From NCBI GenBank assembly GCA_002633005.1, contig NMRA01000060.1, positions 848,918 through 889,283 of the forward strand: DNA of 40,366 bases, given 5' to 3'. Below, in pieces: positions 33,875 through 40,366 of the stretch. This stretch comes from Phoronis australis. Lineage: Eukaryota > Animalia > Phoronida. The translations under genes and the position numbers were made by a program. Every line of letters starts with the position of its first letter. Position 1 is the stretch's first letter. The notes beneath the pieces are model-generated. The model did not search any database and was not told the DNA's origin. It saw only the letters and a program-made list of their open reading frames with translations.

Positions 33875-34263
33875 TTCTTCAACACAGTGGAACCAAAAAG
33901 AAGCAAAAAAGTATTGAAACAAATTTCAAATTTTAAACCTGAACCCAATTCTTATTGGCAACACGCTAGCGGCTTAGGTTTTTGAAACTAAATCGCTTAC
34001 TTGTAGCCAATAAGAGTTGTGTAAAAACATAAGTCTGTGGCCAAATTAAGCCGACATTTCTGCCCTAGTTATCTGCAGAGTTTTATTAAGAGCATCAAAA
34101 ACGTCCATCAAGGTACATGTATTTAAAGTGTTCCTGGAACATCATCTAGGTAACAATTAGCATCTGAAGAATACCGTTCAAACTTTAAACAATTACTCAA
34201 AAGTAATAGCTAAACGGCACACAAATCTTTCGTTTAATATACTTCCCTTGTTTATGTTTACAG

Positions 34264-37200
34264 ATGAAGCTGTTTCTTGTAGCTGCCCTGTTGGCTGTGG
34301 CCAGAGCCGAACTTTTCGAAGCCCGTGAGTAAAGATTTTCTTTTCTTTGTCTCAACTTGATTTTCATAACATATTGCGTGGCATTAATAATCAAATCTTT
34401 GAAGTAGCTTTGCTTTTCAAAGAGTAAAGGTATATCGTATTAAATTTTTTATCAATTAAAAATGTTTACCTAATAAATCTGTAAACCCGACTGTTCATTT
34501 GTTAGTAAGTCGCATTTTAAGCGGCTATACACTATAGTCGTGTTCAGACTACGAGTTACTTGTGACAAATATGGCGCAAAAATGATTAGACACCCCTATG
34601 TTGGAAACTGAGCAACCCTCGTTTTCAAGTTTGCGTCCACACTACGATTTTGACTGGACAAGTTACTCTAAAACAAGTTACCCTCGGTCAAAGATGGGGC
34701 AAACTGTCACAACTTTCATCACATGTGCATTTAGTCCTCCAAACCGGCGTCGTTGTGTTCCTATGCATGTTTGATATGAAATTGTTACAACATACATGTA
34801 GGCCTACATGTAACGTCTGTAATTGCGATGACAGATTTGCTAATTGGGCCGCTGAAACTGAGTAGCACGCCCAGTATAAAGCTATATGACGAGCTGGAAG
34901 TTCTTCTCAAGCATAAAATCGTTTCTGGTTTCAATAAGCATTCTCTAAGAGTAAAGTTGGGTTTTGACAGAGAGCTTTATTAAACCTTTAAGAATGTCTG
35001 AATGTATCAATCATGCAAGTTGTCTTAATCTGGGAAGCATTTTCTTCTACTTGTATTTCGCGGCATTTGTCAAAAATTTTCTAAAATTTGCGTGATCGTT
35101 TTTCCCAAAATGAAAGAAGGACTATACGCCATTTCTTTCAAGCTAAAGCCATTCCACTTAGGTGTTCAAATAACCTGTATGCCAAAAAAAATCCTTGATA
35201 TGTCATGCTTTCACTTGATGTTTTCGTGCAGTCACTACTACACGAATAAAAGGCAATGTTTGAAGTAGAGTTATATCGTTGCTGAAGTCATTTGATCCCC
35301 TCAATAGACTTTCCCGTCATTTTTTGCGGTCCACAAAGCAGCTTTAGCAGTTAACAATCTTTGGTCCTTTTTGAATTTGATGCTTTGGTTATGAGTCTTT
35401 GACAGTAGTCTGTTATTTGCAGTTATTCGTGACGAGATTGACAGCGCCATCCAGGCTTTGGATGACGTAGAACACTCTCATATCACTCTCCGAGACTTGG
35501 AAGACGAGGAGCGACAGCTGTAAGTAGCACGTCAGAATTCGGGGGTCGTGTACGTGATGACTTTAGCCGGATTATGTTACATTGTCGAATGCGAAGTTTA
35601 AACAAATGAACGCTTTTCGAGGGTTTTCAGCAACAAGCAATCTCCATAGACGAAAATTATTTTAATGCTTTGCGACTTGGTTTGGAATCTTAGTGGGTCA
35701 TTCAGTGGGTCTTAGACACCTGTTCATCGTGCATGTGTACATGTATGTTACATGTCAGCGAAAACTATAACCTGGATTTCAACAATATGTGCACACGGGC
35801 CTTGGAGAAGTGCAAATATAGGGTCTCTATAATGTCATGAAACACGGAACAAATTAAAGTAATTACAATGTGTCTAAACTATCACGATATAAACATGCAT
35901 GTTCAGTGAAATTGACTATGGTGTACGAGAACCCAACAGCCTCAGTCCCAATACGAAATGTTTACAGGCTTATCCGCGAGCTGAAGACGGACATTGGGAA
36001 AACCCTTGGAGATAAATTGGAAAACGTAACCCAGAAGCTGATTACTGCCATTGAGACTGGCAAACAGGTCAGTGTCCCAATTTGAGGGATTCACCTTCGG
36101 CGCTGCTGTCACTCGAATGTAACGTGGGACGGTTGTCGGGTCGTAAACGTCGGTGTCATCATAGAATAATTGAAGGTTTAGCAAACAATATAACGGAAAG
36201 CTGCACTTGTCTCTGGAACTCGCCATAATTAAAAGTAAGGCTCCACTGCAACATGCTTTTTGGTGCGAGTGTGAGTAAAAAAATGACTGAACTAAAAATG
36301 AACTGAATGATGAAACAGAACTTTAGAAAACCTTTTACTTGAAGTTAACTTGCACAACCTAAGACAAGCCTGCATTCCATTGATCCAAAAATGCGGCAAA
36401 CGTAACCGGATGTACGGAACGTACAGCCCTTGGTAGAGTTCAGTAACGCTAGGACTTCGCTAGAAAGCAAGCCTTCGCGAGATTACGTGAGATAGTGCCG
36501 TGTACTTTAAATGAAACCTAGCGTAAGTCCTAGCGTTACTGAACTTTACCCTGTTTTTACAAGTACAGACGTTTTATTGATGTCAGCAGATGTCGAAAAT
36601 CATCCGACAATGCGTTTCAAAAAACGGCCATCATTGCTACTGGTTAGTACATGTAAGGTTACCGTACCGGTAGACGAATTCCCCTAATTCAATGTATGAA
36701 CGACAAATATTGCTGGTGCACACATTTGGGTGTAAGTGTTCGTATGGCAAGCTGTATATTATTATGTGCGAAACAAGAAGCAAAAATGCTCATATAGACA
36801 AGCATGAACCCAAAGTGTCTAAATAAAATTATACGCGTCAGACCTCTGCGTGTAGCCATAAAATGATTTCTTAGTCTTGAATTTATCCTGTCTTTATCTC
36901 ATTTTCGTCATGACGTTCCTCTCCTTTCAGAATGTCCTCACGTTGTTCAACACCTTCAGGCAGCTGATGAACGACTTGAAGCAGCGAGGCGGAAACGCTG
37001 CTGACTACATCAAAAAGGCTTTGGGAGAACTGAAGGCTGCTATCAATACATTGAATACTGACCACCTGACACCGGCCGTCAAGCTGGTCGTCAACTTTAT
37101 CAAGCTGTTCACAGACCGTGGTTAGTACAACAGCGACTTTTAGGGGTTTGAATGTCACGAGACTCTATGGTGATTCAAGATCACTTGTCTAAGGTTAATG

Positions 37201-39338
37201 GGTACCGATGTACCTTAAATAACTAAAGAGAGTCTTTGAATAATAAATTTTGAAAATTAGAGACTTTGAGACATGGTAGTAAGTCCAAAATTACATTACA
37301 ACCCATGTAAACATGGGAGTAATTATATATAATTACGCATTGTACTCGGAATGTTCTCTAAGTATCTGTTTTTGAGTATGACGGGAAGTAAAACGATGTG
37401 TGCACAACACTATTACATGTAAATAAAAATCAGAGAGAACTTCTGTTTTAACTCGACCCTCCTCCTGAAATACCTTTCAGGAAACAAAGAACTCCTGGCT
37501 TTTGACAGCATTGAAGATGAGGTCGTCTCTGAGGTAAGTATCGTTCAAGGCTTTTGCTAAAGCCCCATAGAACGCCATTTTGTTGTTTCTGATTACCTGA
37601 TTGTTTGTTTAGCATATTATTAATGTTTTTGAGCAGTGTACGTTTGAATAAATCGTACTTGCCAAAAAAGACTGCGTTTTGTTTGTACAGCGACATCGTT
37701 ATACGTGGAACCACTCTTAGAGTTATTACTATTTTGACTAAAATTTTACACATTTATTTTTGAAATCAAACAGAGTTTAAAGCTGCACTTCACCTTGTTT
37801 AGCTGACTAAAATCAAAATCGATTCAGACCTTTGACTCTCATAACATTGGTTTCATAATACACATTACCGTAATAGGATTTTTTCCATGTCCGTTACCAA
37901 ATCAACTCACAGGCTATGTGTAGATGTACATGTGCCGTTTTTAAATTTGCAATTTTAATGGTGGCCAAAGTTAATAAACGCCAAAGGTTTTTATTGAGTC
38001 TCAAACTTTTTCAATATGGTTTCCCATAACAAAAAGAACTGTTGTGAGACTGGTTGCTTGACAGTAAAGGCCTTTCTGAAATTTTGTTTTTTAGCCATCT
38101 AATCGGAAAACATGCAACTTTAACTATTGTCGTTCAATTTCAGTTTGACTTCTTTACACAGGAATTTCATCCCATGACGGATTTAAGGGAGGGGGGCGGG
38201 CGAAATAATGGTTAACATTGTACCCTGGCCCCTTAACTCAAAATCCTGGATCCCCCTGTAATCCATTCAAGTAACTAACAGAGTTAAAAGTAGAACGTGG
38301 AGAACTTAGGATACCAATTCGGACATTGTGGCAATAGCGGCACCCATAGGAAAATATGTTAATGTGGTCATTATCTGCATATGTTAATGCAAGTTAGTTG
38401 AGAGTCATGGACGCAAATATAGACGTCAGCCATAGCATGAAAATGCGACTAATCATTAGTTTCTGTTGTAGGTTGTTGTGCGAGCTCTTCAGCGCCGTGG
38501 CATCATCAAGGACTTATTCACCAAGGTAACAGACACAGCCAAAGACATTGCCAACAAACTGTTGACTGGACTTCACGGTAAATTCAAGGAGCTCGGACAG
38601 TTCTTGGTGGAACTGACTAAGACTCACGTGCAGAAAGCCAAGCCTCACATTGATAACATCAAGCAGCTTGCCAAGGAGGTAACAGTTAACCTTTAATAAT
38701 AGAAGTCCCGCGTTTAGAGTCCAAATAATATACCAAATCACTTAATGTAGCTACTACGGACTCAAAGTACAATTTGACTAAAGTACAATTTGACTACCAC
38801 AACAAAAATTGCTGTATAGAACGGCTGTTGAGCAGAAAAAACAAAGGCAAACAAAATGATGCCTGGTGATAAAGGCTACGACAATAAACAAAGAGGCATT
38901 ATCAGCTTTTTAAAAATTTGCTACGACTTTAAGTGTGGAGAGAGATCCTGTCAGTAAAATGAGAACCTGTACTGCTCCCTTAACTGCTGTTACTTGTGGC
39001 GATGCCTTAACAGTCTGCGTTCAGAACGAAAGTACATGTGAGCGCCATGTAGATTTGGATTGTCAAAAGAAGCTACAGTTTTTAAGATAAATGCCACGCA
39101 AAACGGCATGCAACCCGTTCCTTTAAGCGATTGTGCTCACTGTGTATCTTTCCATGAATTCCAGTTCTTGGGTCACGCTAAGGAGGCCACTGCTCAGACT
39201 CTTGACGAAGCCCTCGAGTTCTTCCGTGCCTACAAGGGCGATTTGGGCGACCTCTGGACTCAGCTGAAAACATCAATTAACACCATTAAAAGTCACATAA
39301 CACGTCCTCCCATGAGCACTGCTGCGCCTGTCTTTTAG
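34264..39338 (+). CDS. Secreted Cys-free amphipathic alpha-helical (apolipoprotein-like / propeptide-containing) protein, 293 aa. Exons: 34264-34324, 35423-35519, 35968-36067, 36931-37120, 37481-37533, 38472-38678, 39165-39338
   Basis: Signal peptide MKLFLVAALLAVARA. All introns are GT-AG and in phase (882 nt), with C/G-ending codon bias. The ATG is directly preceded by a CAG acceptor, implying a 5' UTR exon upstream. AATAAA lies at 39422. I do not recognise the family. Confidence 0.88.
36432..36550. mobile_element. 119-bp MITE with ~32-bp TIRs
   Basis: GGTAGAGTTCAGTAACGCTAGGACTTCGCTAG matches the reverse complement of the right end, GGTAAAGTTCAGTAACGCTAGGACTTACGCTAG. Confidence 0.85.
37781..38119. 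mobile_element. Kolobok-like MITE (TTAA TSD, degenerate ~45-bp TIRs)
   Basis: TTAA at 37777-37780 and 38120-38123. Left end AGCTGCAC..TTAGCTGACTAAAATCAAAAT versus reverse-complemented right end AGTTGCAT..TTAGATGGCTAAAAAACAAAAT. Confidence 0.55.
38173..38258. mobile_element. Degenerate short MITE-like element
   Basis: Right end AAAATCCTGGATCCCCCTG, weakly matching left end CATGACGGATTTAAGG, with internal G and C runs. Confidence 0.3.
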
Positions 39339-39421
39339 ACACCCACGCGTTTAACGTTATTACATGACGACACACAATAACTTGTCCTTTATTTAGATCG
39401 AACAATGTCGTGAATATTCAG

Positions 39422-39427
39422 AATAAA
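39422..39427 (+). terminator. Polyadenylation signal (AATAAA)
   Basis: 84 nt after the stop at 39338, followed by a GT-rich tract. Confidence 0.65.
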
Positions 39428-39734
39428 GTGGTCAAAGTCATTTGTTTGTTTATACAGTGTTATCCGATCAGATGATCTTCCGTCTCTTCTGCCGTCAGAC
39501 GCCTGGGCCCATGGCCACCAAATTTTACTCGAGGCTTGACTAAAAAATGAGAAATGTCGTGTCTTGTTTCCAGTATTTTTTAATCATACGCGATGTGTTT
39601 GATTAATGTTCGAATCGAGTCTTGAGTAAAATTACTAGTCGGTGTATGGACCTGATCTTTCTTCTGGTCTCCGAAAACCAGTGTGTTAAACGACAGATAA
39701 GCTTTCTTTCCTTCAGACCCGTTCCCATAACGAG

Positions 39735-39831
39735 GTTGCTCTCCCTGCCCATAGTGAGGCCGGGTTGCTCTCCCTTCCCATAGTGAGGGGGTTCTCCCTG
39801 CCCGTAGTGAGAGGGTTCTCCCTGCCCATAG
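39735..39831. repeat. ~24-bp GC-rich tandem repeat, about 4 copies
   Basis: Unit approximately GGTTCTCCCTGCCCATAGTGAGGG. Confidence 0.85.
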
Positions 39832-40366
39832 ACTCTATTCACGCCGACAGGAGGCGCGTTCCAAAACGAGGCTCGCTACGATAAATCTGGTGGCTTGCAG
39901 TTGTACTCCGCGTTGCTCAAACAGCTAGAAAAAATATGGACACTGTTTTACAATCCCTAAGGACGTTGGGATTCGGCCGAAGCGTTGGGTCCTTGCCATA
40001 CGCCGCGACGAAGGAAAATGTGTCCGTGTAAAATTTATTACTGTTTTCGAATCATAACTTGTCGCATCTCGGACTGAATGCCGCCATAGCAAGGAGGACC
40101 GGAGAATCTTCGTCCATCCAGGTTGTGTTTTCATGACTATGGGTTGAAGCGAGATGTATTTTTCTTTACAAAAAGGACAGGGCCCTCAATCCATCAATTT
40201 TGGGGCCAAACATCGGCCCTATTCCCCTCTCAAAAATATTGAAAAATCACGCGAAATTCCCGGCCACGAGGCCTAAAAATCCCCTTTGTGATTGAAAATT
40301 TCTCTCCAACGGTTCAAATCACCTTTGACCACATAGGTGACAATTTGAAAAAGTACAAAATCATAG

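Noticed and set aside
39603-39842. ORF with YGQGEP repeats as a structural protein
   Set aside because: It is the translation of a short 24-bp tandem repeat, with no gene context.

Overview
AT-rich, intron-containing animal genomic DNA, most likely from a lophotrochozoan invertebrate such as a mollusc (inferred from gene content and repeats). I assembled four spliced genes by hand from GT-AG junctions with consistent phases. (1) The 3' part of VPS18 (+, 16 visible exons, 1081-15053). (2) A secreted i-type, destabilase-like lysozyme fused to an N-terminal bacterial-SH3 (SH3b)-like domain (-, 5 exons, 24103-18434). (3) A divergently transcribed secreted FG-GAP/VCBS-repeat protein (+, 6 exons, 26182-30754). 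(4) A secreted, cysteine-free, amphipathic helical protein with two acidic-spacer/helical modules and a dibasic site (+, 7 coding exons, 34264-39338). Non-coding DNA holds a TTAA-flanked Kolobok-like element with a nested RNase H LINE fragment, a Penelope-like remnant with a decayed minimal hammerhead ribozyme, tRNA-derived elements, MITEs, minisatellites and a pair of orphan intronless ORFs. Three single-N joins have duplicated flanks and are probably assembly artefacts.
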